Made by a program: the position numbers and the translations under genes
Origin: the human T2T-CHM13v2.0 reference genome, Homo sapiens
Assembly: GCF_009914755.1 (NCBI RefSeq)
Contig: NC_060928.1
Reading direction: 5' to 3' (one strand)
DNA: 64,000 nt
Shown: piece after piece, positions 44,093 through 57,978 of the stretch
Layout: each line of letters opens with the position of its first letter
How positions within the stretch are numbered: position 1 is the first letter of the stretch
Notes under the pieces: model-generated
Databases searched by the model: none
Told to the model about the DNA's origin: nothing
The model's input: the letters and a program-made list of their open reading frames with translations, nothing else

Positions 44093-47000
44093 GGAGAGGA
44101 AGCAGAGCAAGATGGCTGAGTAGAACTCTCCAACAACCATTCCCCTGCAAAAATAACAAATTGAATGACCACCCACATAAGAAAGCACCTTCATAAGAAC
44201 CAAAAAATCATGTGAGTGATCACAATACCTGGTTTGAACATAATATCAAGGAAAGAGGTACCGATGAGTGTAGGAAAGACAGTTTTTCATTACCCATACA
44301 AACTGCCCCCAGCCCCAGGCAGTGCAGAGTGGACAGATAATTTGTGTGCTAGGGGGAGGGAGAGTGAAGTAAGTGTTGAACTTTGCATTAGAATTCAGTG
44401 CTGCCCTGTCACAGTGGAACACAACATAGGCTAGAATTCCACCAGCACCCATGGAGGGAGCATTTAGACCAGCCCCAGGCCAGAGAAGAATTCACCGTCC
44501 CAGTGGGAGAAAACCAAGTCTTTGCTGCCTTCACCACCACTGACTAAAGTAGCCTGGGCCTGGAATAAATTTAAGTGGCAGTCAGGCCACAAGGACTGCA
44601 GTCCTAAGGCAAGCCCTGGTGCTGCACTGGTCTCAGAGGCAGTGCACTTAGGGTACAATACAGTGTGACCAGCAGTGGCAGCCAAAGGATTGCCTGTGTC
44701 ATCCCTTCCCAAACTCCAGGCAGTACTGCTCCAAAGAGACTCTTTCTGCTCAGGGAAAGGGGAAGAAAGAGTATAGAGGACTGTGTCTTGCAACTTGAGG
44801 ACGAGCTCAGCCACAGTAAAGGCACCAAGCAGATTTCTGAAGTCCCAGATTCTAGATTTTTGCACCTGGATGCGTTTCTAGACTCACTCTGTGCTAGAAG
44901 AGAATCCACTCCTCTGATGGGATGGACCCCATCCTAGCAGAATTCACGCCCTGCTAACTGAAGTGGTCCTGGGCCTTGAATAAACATCAGGCAGTGGTGG
45001 CTGCAGGCCTTGGGTTAGCCCCGGTATTGTACTGGTCTGAAGGGATTCGGGTGTGACTCTGTGTAGTGCTAGCTGTGGTAGCCATGAGAGTGGGCACGTC
45101 ACCTCTCCCCAACTCCAGACAGCACAGTGTACAGAGAGACTCCTTCTGACTGGGGAAGGAGTAAGAGACTTTGCCTGGTTACCCAGGGAATTATCCCTCA
45201 TCTTACCGAAGTCTAGCAAGTCTGTGTATGTAGGAGGATCTAAGAGCTGCAGCATTCCTAGGCTTAGGAATCTAAGCCTAGGAATGGTTCTGAAATGGCT
45301 TCTGCAATGTTCTGAAATGGCTGCAATGTTCTGAAATGGCTGCAATAATTGCAGGCTTAGGCCAAAACACTCAATCTCTTTTGGATTCGTGGAAAGCCCA
45401 CTCTAGAAGGAAGAATACAAACAAGCCAAGACTGCAAAAATTATAATACCTAACTCTTCATTGCTCAGATACCGATGAGCATCCACAAGCACGAAGAACA
45501 TCCAGAAAAACATGACTTATCAGATGAACTAAATAAGGCACCAGTGTGACCAATCCTAGAGTGACGGAGATATGTGACATTTCACACAAGGAATTCAAAG
45601 TATTAATTGCTGTTTTGGGGAAGCTCAACAAATTTCAAGACAACAGAAGGAATTCAGAATCCCATCAGAAATTTGACAAAGATTGAAATAATTTTTTAAA
45701 AGTCATGTAGAAATTCTGGAGTTGAAAAATCCCATTGAAAAACTGACAAATGCATCACTCTCTCAAAAGCAGAACTGATCAATCAGAAGAATCCATGAGC
45801 TTGGAGAAAGGCTATATGAAAATACACACTCAGAGGTGAAAAAAAAGAATGAAACATGCCTACAAGATCTTTAAAACAGTCTTAAAGGGGCAAATCTAAG
45901 AGTTACTGGTCTCAAAGAGGATGTACTAAGAGAGATGAGAGTAGAAAGTTTATTCAAAGACATAATAACAGAGAACTTTCCAAACCCACAGAAAGATATG
46001 ACTATCCAGGTACAAGAAGGTCAAAGAACACCCAGCAGATTCAAGACAAATAAGACTACTTCAGGACATACAATAATCAAAGTCTCAAAGGTCAAGGATA
46101 AAGGATCTTAAAAGCAGCAAGAGAAGAGAAGCAAATAATATGTAAAAGCAAAATTGTCTTTCAAACATAGAGGAGAAATGAAAACTTTCACAGAAAAAAA
46201 AAAGCTTATGAATTTTGTCAACACCGAACCTGTCTTACAAGAAATGTTAAAGGGAGTTCTTCAATTCAAAAGAAAAGGATGTTTATTAGTAACAAGAAAT
46301 CATCTGAAGATATAAAACTCACTGGCAATAGTAAGTACACAGACAAATACAGAATATTCTAACTCTGTTTAGACTCCTTTAATTGTAATGGTGGTGTATA
46401 AACCACTAATACCTTTCATCAGAAGACTAGAAGACAGACTTACCAAAAATTATAAATATTACAACTTTTGAAGAGATAGACAATATAAAATATATGTAAA
46501 TAGAGACAACAAATCAAAAAGCAGGGGAGATGAAGTTAAAGTTGGAGTTTTAAATTCTCTTTGCTTATTTTTCTTTATAATCAGAGTTAAGTTGTCATCA
46601 GTTTAAAACAATTGGTCATAGTATTTGCAAGCCTCATGGTAACCACAAAAACAAAAACCTATAATAGATACAAAAAAACCTGAAAAGCCAAGAAATTAAA
46701 ATATACTACAAGAGAAAGTCACTTTTACACAAAGGAAGACAGAAAGGAAGGAAGAGAGGACCAACAATACAACCCCAGAAAAAAAGTAACAAAATGGCAG
46801 TAGTGAGTCCTTTCCTATTACTAATAACATTAAATGTAACTGGACTAAATTCTCCAATAAAAAAAAGAGTAGCTGAATGGATAAAAAATAAGACCTAATC
46901 ATATGCTGCCTACGAGAAACTCATTTCATCTATAAAGACACCCAAAGACTGAAAATACAGGAATGGAAAAAGACAGTCCATGCAAACAGAAACCCCAAAA

Positions 47001-49913
47001 GAGCAAGAGTAGCTATACTTACACCAGATAAAATAGATTTCAAGACAAAAATTGTAAAGAGAGTCAAAAATGTTATTATATAATGATAAAGGGGTCAATC
47101 CCACAAGAGGATATAAGAATTGTAGATATATATGTACTCAATGCTGGAACATCCAGATAATATAAAGCAAATATTAGAACTAAAGATAAAGTTAGACACC
47201 AATAAAATAACAGCTGAGAACTTCAACACCCCTCTTTCAGAATTGGACAGATAATCTACATAGAATACCAACAAAGAAACATCAGATTAAATTTGTACTA
47301 TAGACTACATTGACCTAATAAACATTTACAGAATATTTCATCCAACAGGTGAAAAATATATGTTTTTCTTCTCAGTATATTAAACAGTCTCAAGGACAGA
47401 ACATATATTAGGCCATAAAACAAGTCCCCAAAATTCAAACAAGCTGAAATCATATAAAGTATCTTTTCTGACTACAAAGGAATAAAACTAAAATTCAGTA
47501 ACAAGAGGAACTTGAAAACCACACAAACAAGGAAATTAAACAATACGCTCCTAAATGACCATTGGGTCAATTAACCAATTTAGAAGGAAATTTAAAAATT
47601 TGTTGAGACAAATAAAAATAGAAACACAATGTATCACAACCTATAGATACAGCAAAAGCAGTACTAAAAGTGAAGTTTATAGCAATAGATACCTCCATCA
47701 AAAAGTAGAAAAACTTCAAATAAACAACCTAAGGATATATCTTAAAGAACTGGAAAAGCAAGAGAAAACCAAACTCAACATTAGTATAAGAAATAATAAA
47801 GAGCAGAGCAGAAATAAATAAAATTCAGACTAAAAAATACAAAAGATAAGTGAAAAAAAGTTGTTTTTTTAAGACAAACAAAATCAATAAACCTTTAGCC
47901 AATCCAAAAAAAAATACAGAAGACTCAGGTAAATAAAATGAGATGAAGGAGATATTACAACTGAAACCACAAAAATTCAAAATATCATAAGAAACTATTA
48001 TGAGCAACTATATGCCAATAAATTAGAAAATCTAGAAGAAATGAATAAATTCCTAGAAACATCCAACCTACCAAGATTTAACCATGAAGAAATACAAAAC
48101 TTGAATAGACCAATAACAAACAAGGAGATAGAAGTGGCAATAAAAAATCTCCCATCAAAGAAAAGACTAGGACTTGATGTCTTCATTGCTGGATTCTGTT
48201 GAACATTTAAAGAAGAAATAATACCAATCCTACTCTAACTATTCCAAAAAATTGTGAAAGGAATACTTCCAAACTTATTCTATGAAGTCAGTATCACCCT
48301 GCTACCAAAACCAGACAAAGACACAACAAAATAAGGAAAGCTATAGGCCAACATCTCTGATGAACACAGATGCAAAAATCCTCAACAAAATATTAGGAAA
48401 CTCAATTCAACAACACATTAAAGAGATCATTCTTCATGATCAAGTGGGATTCATCCCAGGGATGCATGGATGGTTCAACATGTGAAAATCAATAAATGTG
48501 ATGTATCAACAAAAGACAAAAACCATATGATAATTTCAATTGATGCTGAAAAAGTATTTGATAAAATTCAACATCTCTTTGTGATAAAAACTCTAAAGAA
48601 AACCTGGGTATAGGAGAAACATATCTCAACAAAGTAAAAGTCATGTATGACAAACCCACGGGTAATATCATACTGAATGGGGAAAAACTGAAAGCCTTTC
48701 TGCTAATATCTGGAACAAGACAAGGATACCTACTTTCACCACTGTTATTCAACACAGTATGAGGAGTCCTAGCCAAAACAGTCAGACAAGGGAAAGAAAT
48801 GAAGGGAGCCCAAATTGGAAAGGAAGAAGTCAAATTATCCTTGTTTGCAGATGACATGATCTTATATTTAGAAAAACCTAAAGATTCAACCAACAAAACT
48901 ATTAGATTGGATAAATTAAGTTGCCACATACAAGATCAACGAACAAAAATCAGTATTATTTCCATATGCCAACTGAACAGTCTGAAAAAAAAAACAAGAA
49001 AGTAATCCCATTTACAATAGCTACAAATAAAACAAAATACTCAGGAACAAAAAACCAAAGAAGTAAAATAACTCTAAAAGAAAACTATAAAACTCTGATG
49101 AAAGAAATTGAAGATGACACAAAACAATGGAAAGATATTCCATGTTCATGAATCAGAAGAATCAACATTGTTAAAATATCCATAGTACCCAAAGCAATCA
49201 AATCTATAGATTAAATGCAATCAAAATACCAATGACATTCTTTACAGAAATAGAAAAAAAATCCTAAAATTTAAAGGGAACCAAACAAGACACAGAATAG
49301 CCAAAGCAATCCTGAGCAAAGAGAACAAAGCTAGAGGCATCACATTAACTGACTTCAAATTATACTACAAATGTATAGTAACCAAAACAGAATGGTACTG
49401 GCATAAAAACAGACACAGATGAACTGAACAGAGAACCCAGAAATAAATCAATGCATTTATAGTCAACGCATTTTCAACCCCTATCTCTTGCCATATACCA
49501 AAATCAAATCAAACTGTATCAAAGACTAAATCTAAGACCTGAAACTATGAAACTACTAGAAGAAAATGTTGGGGAAACACTCCAGACATTCATCTGGGTA
49601 AAGATTTCTTGAGGAGGACTTCAAAAGTACAGGCAACCAAAGCAAAAATGTACATATGGGATCGTATCAAGCTAAAAAGCTTCTGGACAGCAAAGGAAAC
49701 AATAAGTAAATAAAAAAACCCACAGAATGGAAGAAAATATTTGTAAACTACCCACTGGACAAGGGATTAATAACCAGAATTGGAATATATAAGGAGCTAA
49801 AACAACTCGAGAGGAAGAAAAAGAACAAATAATGGGCAAAATACCTGAATAGTAATTTTGCAAAAGAAGACATACAAACAAATGGACAATAGGTATATGA
49901 AAAAATGCTCAGA
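44093..49913 (+). mobile_element. Near full-length old L1 (L1PB/L1MA-type): 5'UTR, decayed ORF1, ORF2; 3'UTR missing
   Basis: 5' end gcagagcaagatggctgagtag; ORF2 fragments with RT motifs ([33 protein letters not shown]); many stops and frameshifts. Confidence 0.92.
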
Positions 49914-50157
49914 TGATTTGTGGGTTCCCCATTCGTGGATTCAACCAATTGCAGATTGAAAATATTTTTTAAAACAATAAAAAATAAAAATTTTAAAACA
50001 ATACAGTATATAATCTATTTGCATTTACATTATACTAGGTATTATAAGTTATCAGATTATTTAAAATATATGGGAAGATGTGCATAGGCTATATACAAAT
50101 ACTTTGTCATTTTATATAAAGGACTTGAACATCTGTGTATTTAAAGGTCTGACTGTA
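49914..50157. mobile_element. Tigger3/MER7-like DNA transposon fragment
   Basis: gtggattcaaccaa…atttacattatactaggtattataagt…cattttatataaaggacttgaacatc. Confidence 0.75.
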
Positions 50158-50350
50158 TATCACAGTTATCTCCTAATAATCTTGATTTCAGTTTCTTCCC
50201 ATCCTAACAGATCATATACACAAGAAGATATTGGCAGAAGCTTAACAAAAGGAAGGCAAAAAAACACCCATGGGGAAAATTATAGCATCATCAGCTCCCC
50301 TGAAGAAAAATAATTAACAATGAAATAATGAAACTCATTTTTGAAAATAC

Positions 50351-50421
50351 CTAAGTTTTTTTCGGAGTTGTTCGATTATCACACTTTGTTCAGTTACTGT
50401 TTTCAGAAACTGTTGGTTAGT
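50351..50421 (-). CDS. SCLT1: SCLT1 exon ~9 (71 nt): TNQQFLKTVTEQSVIIEQLRKKL(R)
   Basis: Acceptor tggcag|ACTAAC, donor CTTAG|gtattt. Confidence 0.95.
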
Positions 50422-50599
50422 CTGCCACAAGAAAAAAAAAGAATCAGTATTAGAATATTTAATAACTGTATCTTTAAAGATGACACATCAGACATACAAG
50501 TAGAAAAAAAGTTTAGTGAGATTTATGATAAAGATTAGATTTTTTGAGGGTAAAACATAACCTTGGCCTTCTTTCCTTGCCTTTACTACTTCATTGGAT

Positions 50600-51033
50600 A
50601 CCTGCTTCACTTGAAACTACCTACACCTGCATTCCTGTCTTATGGCTTTCTTTGGCTATCTGAATCTCTTTTGCTCATCTATCCACCTGGGCATAAAGCT
50701 ATAAGTGTTATAGAACTAATGTTCCACCCTGTTCTGAGCAGCCTGACATGTCTGAAGGGAACTGGTATATAAAAAACCCAAACTCCCTTCTTGCATGGGT
50801 GAAATAATTCTGAGGCTTGTGTTCTACACTGTCTTTCAGAATTCATTAAGTTTTAGTTACTCACAGTGTTAACTTGCTTAATTTTAAAAAGCCCTTTATT
50901 GGCTGTCTTCTCTTCTCTTGATACCACTTCCCCACCTTCTTACTGGTGCTCCCTGGTATTACCTACTAAATAAATGACACGTTTTGGAACTTTTTCCTGA
51001 AGGTCAGCTTCTGGAGAAATCCACAGTAAGATA
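50600..51033 (+). mobile_element. ERVL LTR (LTR16-like)
   Basis: 3' end aaataaatgacac…ggtcagcttctggagaaatccacagtaagata; 5' boundary uncertain. Confidence 0.5.
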
Positions 51034-52199
51034 TGAAGTAGTCTTCTAGATGTAGAAAAACTTTTCCTAAGGGAATTGATTTTCTTCCATAACTGCTGGT
51101 TTTATCCATGATGATACAAATTCCTTATCCCTTTTCTTTATATATTATGGTTGCTCCCGATTGATCTTAATAGTTTTGATTTAATCCTGTCCCAACATAC
51201 CATGCTTAAATTTCTCCAACTAAAGTCCCTGAGATAGCTTTCATTGTGCTTCTCTCATGCTCTGAGCTCACTGACTTCATATTTTTAACATACTATTGTA
51301 TTTTCCTCTGCCCAGGATGTCCTCATTCTGTCTGCATTCATTCCTCAATACCATGTGTGGTTTACTCATTCTCAGGTAGAATTAACTGTTTCCTTTCTGT
51401 ACTTTGATAAAACTTAATACATGCCTTTACAGTGCACATTATATTTAAATATTAAAGTGTAGGTATTCCTGACTAAAATATGAGCCTTTTTAAAGGATCA
51501 GCTTTTCCCAGAACTCCTAGTGCCTGGCACATGATTGAGTACATCACAGGCACAACTAGTGTTTTATTATATATACTGCCTTGGCACTAGCATAATTAAT
51601 GCTTGTGTTTTTGACCATTTGGGAACACCTCAAAGATAGAATTACATAGAGCAATTAACAGAAGTATAAGCTAAAATTCTGCATTTTAAGAATCTAGTGC
51701 TGGAAACCAAGGTGCTTAACTTGCTAGCAAGCCTAGTAAGAGCTCCGCAACTGCATCTGAATATGGCATTGTTGTTCTATATTTATGACCATAAAGAAAA
51801 TTATGTACTATATTAATATTTTAGAATTAGGAGACTCGAGAAGGTGCAGGGAAGCATCCTTTTCAACCATCATCTATTTAGCACCTTTTTCACTGATTAT
51901 TTCATATGTCAGCCTGTTTTACCACGGAGACAGAGATTTTATGGTTGATGCATTTTTGCAACTTAGAGAACCTATACTTTCATGCAGGATAGTTAGTATG
52001 CAATTAAATATTTTTGAGTAAATTATAGAGATGAGCAAATCTTAAAAAACATTTCAGTAAAGCAAACCTATGGGAAATGTAAAATTATAATATATCTACA
52101 GCATAATAAATAGAAATATATACTTTTATGTACCATTCATGTCAGAGCATATCTATTGCATATTACTAATTTGCATTGGTAAAGAAAGATATTTATTTG

Positions 52200-54517
52200 T
52201 ATCAATTTGTAGTAAGAATACTTACATGAGTTATGCACTTTTAAAACATGTTTAAGTGTACAATACGTTATTGCTGACTACAGGTACAATATTGCACAGA
52301 TCTCTAGAGGTTATTCATCTTGTTTGACCGAAACTTCATGTGTGTTGATTAGTAAGTCCCCATTTCTTCTCACCAAAGGCCCTGGAAGTCACCATTCCAA
52401 TCTCTGTTTCTATAAATCTGTCTACTATAGATACTTCGTATAAGTAAAATCATACAGTGTTTAGTCTTTCTGTGACTGGCTTATTTCATTTAATGCTCTC
52501 AAAGTTTATTCATGTTATCACATATTGCATAATTTCCTTCTTTTTAAAGGCTGAATAGCATTCCACTGTATGTTTATACATTTTAATCCACTCCTCTTTG
52601 ATGGACATCTAAGGTTGTTTTCGTATCTTGGCTAATGTGAATATGCTGCAATAAGCACAGGAATGCTAATATCTCTTCAAGATCTTAATTTCAATACGTT
52701 GGGATAAATATTCAGAAGTGGGATTTCTGGATCATATGGTAGTTATATTTTTATTTTTTTGAGGAAACTCTATACTGTGTTCCATGGCAGATGCACCGTT
52801 TTGCAATCCCACCAAAAATGTTCAAGGTTTCCAATTTTTCCACATCCTCTTCAACACGTGTTGTCTTTTTTGTTTTGATAATAATCCCTCTGACACGTGT
52901 GAGGTGATACATCATTGTAGTTTTAGTATTTATGTTTCCCTAATGTTTAGTGACATCGAGCATTGGGCATTTCTTCACATACCCATTGCCTTGGAAAAAT
53001 ACCTATTTAAGTACTTAGCTCATTTAAAAATCAACTTATTAGGTTTTTTTGTGTGTCTTTTGTTTTTTACTGCTGAGTTATAGAAATTCCTTAAATACTT
53101 TGGAGATTATTCCCTTATTGGATATACGGTCTGCAAATATTTTGTCCCATTCCATAGGTTGCCTTTTCACTCTGCTGGTTTCGTTTGCTGTGCAAAAACT
53201 TTTTGGTTTGATGCAGTCCCACTTGATTACTTTTTTCCTGCTGTCTGTACTTTTGGTGTCATATCCATGAAATCGTTGCCAAGACCGATGCCATGGAGAT
53301 TTTCCCCTAGGTTTTCTTCTAAGAACTTTATAAGTAAGAGGTGTTAGATTTAAGTCTTTAATCCATTTTGGGTTGATATTTGTGTGTTGTGTAAGATAAG
53401 AGTCCAAAATCATGTTTTGAATACGAATATCTAGATTTCCCAACTCCATTTTTAATTCCGTTATTGTGTTCTTTAGGTCCATAATTTGTGTGCTACTTTT
53501 TAATATTTTTTCTCTGTTGCAACTCTCACTTTGTTCATACATTGTTCTTTTAACTGTGGTGAGCATCTTCATGAGAGTTATTTTTAATTCCCTATCAGGT
53601 AATTCATAACTTCTTTTCATTAGGATTGGTTTCTGGAGATTTATCTTATTTCTTTGTATGGAACATCTTTAGCTGGTTCTTCATTTTTCCTTGACTTTGT
53701 GCTCACGTCCGTACATTAGAGAAAGCAGGCACCTCTCCCAGTCTTCACAGATTAGTGTCATACAAGAGAAGACCCCCACAAATCAGCTGGCCAGAGATTC
53801 AGCAGGCCTCTACCAACTCTTTCCCTCCCCAGGGAGATGCTGGCAGCTGTGGCTTTGTCTGCTTGCTCTGTGATGAGCTGGGGGGTAGGGAACTATAGCA
53901 TGTATCAGCCCAATCTGCTGTCTCTGTTCTTCCCTAGGTGTCTAGACCATGCTGGACCTATTAGAGCTTCGTGAGACAGATGCTATTTCTCTGGGCTGCC
54001 CTAGAGAAGCTGCAGTGCTGGATCAACTTTTCCCCTCCCTAGGGGAAAGTTGAGAACTGAATTTTCATCTACTTACTCTGTGCTGAGAAGAGCACAGGAC
54101 CAATGCCAACTATCAGTCCAAACCAATGCCTCCATTCTCCCTTGGTTGGCCAGACTATGCTGGATCTGTGAGCTCCGAGACTGGCAAGATAGAGGCCAGT
54201 ATTCTGGGGACCACCCTCAGAAAATTTGGGGTGATGAATGCACATACCTAATCCCTTCCCTCCCCTGGGTGAAGCTGGGAGCTAAGGGGTCTTTTTTTGA
54301 TCACATGGCACGGCACTGGGGACAGGGTGCCTAGCAAGAGAGGGTCTCAAATCTCCCTGCTAGCTTTGGTGAGTCTGGTTTTCCAATCCCCCAGGAGGTG
54401 AGAACATTTCCATTCATTTCTGATTTATTGCAAAGGAAATTTGTCCATGAATTGTTGCTGAATTGGTGTATCTGTGGGGAGAAGGAGTGTCCAGGATGTC
54501 CTACTCTGCCATGTTAG
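52200..54517 (-). mobile_element. L1MA-type element (reverse) with large internal deletion joining ORF1 start to ORF2 end
   Basis: L1MA 3'UTR and ORF2 end to ~53445, then ORF1 N-terminus and 5'UTR ending ctactctgccatgt (reverse of 5' end atggcagagtag). Confidence 0.8.
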
Positions 54518-56057
54518 TCAAATTATATTGAAAGACAGTTTATTTACTCACTGCATACTCATCAATTTATTCTACATCTATAAAAATCTATTCATTTAAT
54601 GAGTTTATTCGTGTAATCAGAAAATTTTTTGTTGGAAACTTCTTGATTTTTAAAGGGCACTTTTCTTCAAGTTTGATCTTGACTCATACTTGCCCCCATA
54701 ACTATGTTCTGAATGCTCTTTGAACTGTACAAGATCTTATCACTTTGCTTGCTCCCTTTATACTTATCAGTCTTGTTTGCTATTCATTATATACATTAAG
54801 AACAACTTAAATTTTAAAATTTCTTTCAACCATTTACTTTTATCTTAACCACCTATATAGTCTTTTCTATATTTTTATAAAACTCTCTTTTATTCATCAT
54901 GCCATTTCTTTATCAGTTTTCTCGTATCCAGTTTATTCTTAGCTCTGACCTGGAACCATGAATACTTCTGCCTTAGAAATTTTTAACATATTCCCTTGGA
55001 ATATACAACATCCTTTTCCCATGACTTTCTTTCATCAAAATCATAATAAAATAGGGGCTCTGTGATATGATATATCAAAGAATGATACAATTCCAATTCT
55101 AGGAGACATATTGAAGAAGTAATGAATAATTATGATGCTAGGTTAAAGTACTAATTCCATATAGAAATATATTAAATTAAAAAATGCCTTTCTTAATTAT
55201 AGAAATCAGTAACCATTTTGTTCTGGAGTACTAGTATTTTAAAACTCTAAGAAGTATAATATAGTATCAAAAACTGTATGTAATTAGACACTTCAAATGT
55301 TAACAGAATAGGTACAGATTGGTTTAATAATTTTTTACATGGTTAAAAAAGAAAAATTTTTAAAGTAGAATAAAATTGGATACTTACTTTTGATAGCACA
55401 AATCCATTGTTATACAAAGACATTTTTATTAGGTACTAACAAGAATTAGCAGAGTAACTAAGCAAGAATGAAGAAGGGAAAGAGAGAGGAATTACCTGAA
55501 GTGTCATAATTCTATTACTCAACAATGAGGTAAAAATAACATTCCAAGAAAGTAAAGAAAACAAAAGTGAGAGAATAAGAAGGTAAAGAGCAGAACTGGA
55601 AAGACTAATTCTATTTATTTTAGGAGAAACTTATAGGGAAATTTAGGAGTACCATACCAACACATGGTCCTTAGTTTCCTAAAACTTTTTAGGCAATGGG
55701 CTATTAATTCATTAAACAATTACACTATTCTTATTAAATACCTGGCAGTGTGTCAGGTGAAATAAAAAAAATTAAGCATGTACTCTACTCTTGAGGAACT
55801 CACTGTCTAGATTAGTCTAAGGAGACCTTACTAAGAATCCTAAGAGGATTTCCAGATTAAGATATATTTCAGAGAGATGTTAGATCTCCAAAAGGTACTG
55901 TAAACTGTGTCATGCTATTGAATGAGAAAGCAAAAGCAAAAGAAAAAACAGTATTATCTAATTTCGTGCAGCATGCTTATTGTTGATTTATATTAACATA
56001 AATAAATATGATTATTTATAGGGACAATTTCTAGTTTATATAAATAAGTATACTTAC

Positions 56058-56123
56058 CACTTCCATGTTCTCATTAGTAACATGAAGTTGTTTGGTCAGT
56101 TGTTGAAAATCAAATAGCTGATC
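56058..56123 (-). CDS. SCLT1: SCLT1 exon ~8 (66 nt): DQLFDFQQLTKQLHVTNENMEV
   Basis: Acceptor cccactgtag|GATCAG, donor GAAGTG|gtaagt. Confidence 0.95.
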
Positions 56124-57855
56124 CTACAGTGGGAAGGTAAGGGGAGTATATAAATAGCATTTTGTTGTTTATAACCCATATTTAAAATTAAACTAAAATC
56201 AAGTCTAAAATCATTATGCCTAAGTTTAGATAAAATTAGTAGTGTTTCTTATTACTATTGTGTGAATTAGTAGTTGAAAAACTAAGAAATTTTTTAAATG
56301 ATTAAAAAATTAAAGTGGCAATGCTGAAATTAATGTGGCTGTTTATTTTATGTCAAATAATTATTTCTAGAAATCATTTATTAAATATTATTTTAAAACT
56401 TGAAGAAAGAGATCATAAAAAATTATAAGTGATTAGAAATTCTAAATGCTAGAGAGACCTTGTCCAATATTGGAACGTCACTTTCAAACCTACTCAAAAC
56501 CTATAATACAAACCATGGCACAGGAGTTACTGCCCACCTTTTTTAAAAACATTCTCATGCCCCACATTTTAAAAATTGTTTGATTAGCTGTTATGATTCT
56601 ATTAAACATTATTTGTACAGACGACACAAAGTTGGGAGAGGCTGTAAATATACTGAAAGACAGAATTAAATAGATAACCAGGGAAAAAAGAATGAAGTGC
56701 TATTTGTAAAGTCTTGTATAAGGACCCATCAAACTATATAGCTATAGTAAAAGAATGATATTATTCAGGTGAAAACAAAACAAAAACCCAACCTTGTGGG
56801 CTTAGTTGATTGACCTAAATGAGGAAACAGTCCTCAAAGAACTTAATATGAAAAATGGTTTTTAAATCTCAGAGGTAAAAGTCCAACAAATCAGATTGAT
56901 TACATGTGGACTTTTTTTCAAGCCAGGGCATGTAAAGAAAAATCATTTTGTAAACTGTAAAGCATCACATAAGTATTTTTACAATTTCTTTAGGTAGATA
57001 TTTCTAATTATAATTACAATAATAGGAATATTCATTAACCAGAATTTGAAAAGTCTGTAAATGAGAGCTGAAGAGAGGTATGAAAACCAACTTATTTAAA
57101 GAGCTTCCTCTCAAAATACATAGAAAAGAGGTCAGAATTAGAATTCCTCCATAGTGCTCAATGCACCTAGCAATAAAAGAACCAACAGAAGAATAAAAGA
57201 GGTAGATTTCCAAATGGAATAGATGGCCTTGTGAGATAATGAGTTCTTGTCAATAGACGTGTAAAGCAAAAGCTAAAGCTAGATGTCCACTTTGAAAGAG
57301 TGTAGAATGATTCTTGCTTTGGGTAGAAAAAAGTCTTTTAATAACCATTAAGATACCTTCCTGTTGTAAAATTCTATTCTGATTAATTTATGATAGACAA
57401 AATTGACACCTATTTTAGTAACAGGTCACATTTAAGGGTATTAACATTTGATTTTACATAGTGTTTCCACTGTATTTGAGCAGGTTTCTTCACTGGCCAT
57501 AAACTAATAAACAATTTTGTTTTGTTTTGTTTTAAAAGTCAGGTAGGAAATCAAGCAAATAAAAACTTTGAAGGTTTATTTATACAAAATAATGTTAAAG
57601 TTGCTCTTTAGCACTAAATTCAGCTTTCATTGCTGACAACATTATAGAACCAAATGATCACTGTCCAGTTCTCTAATTAGTTTACCTGTTCAATAGTGTA
57701 ACCATCAAAGATCTATATATTATTAACATAAATAATAAAGTGATTAGAAATTCTAAATGCTATAGGGTAGAGTCTTAAGCGTTCCCCTCTAAAACAGTTT
57801 CTTCAGAGTGCAATTTCTTATTGATATACAAGAAAATGATGAAATCCAAGATTAC

Positions 57856-57978
57856 CTTTTGTTTTTGACTTTCAAATACATGAATCTGGGCCTCAGTCAT
57901 ATGTTCCTGGTAAAGCTTGTGTAGTCTGTCCAACTCCTGAGAAACAGTCTGCCAGAGTTCCACAGCCTGAGTTTTTTC
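57856..57978 (-). CDS. SCLT1: SCLT1 exon ~7 (123 nt): EKTQAVELWQTVSQELDRLHKLYQEHMTEAQIHVFESQKQK
   Basis: Acceptor aatag|GAAAAA, donor CAAAAG|gtaatc; overlaps ORF 57775..57963. Confidence 0.96.

Noticed and set aside
44216-45345. Cluster of overlapping 70-130 aa ORFs on both strands
   Set aside because: GC-richer L1 5'UTR; no recognisable protein similarity
42664-57380. Shared cattaagataccttc motif near 42665 and 57345
   Set aside because: Looks like the ends of independent MIR-family copies
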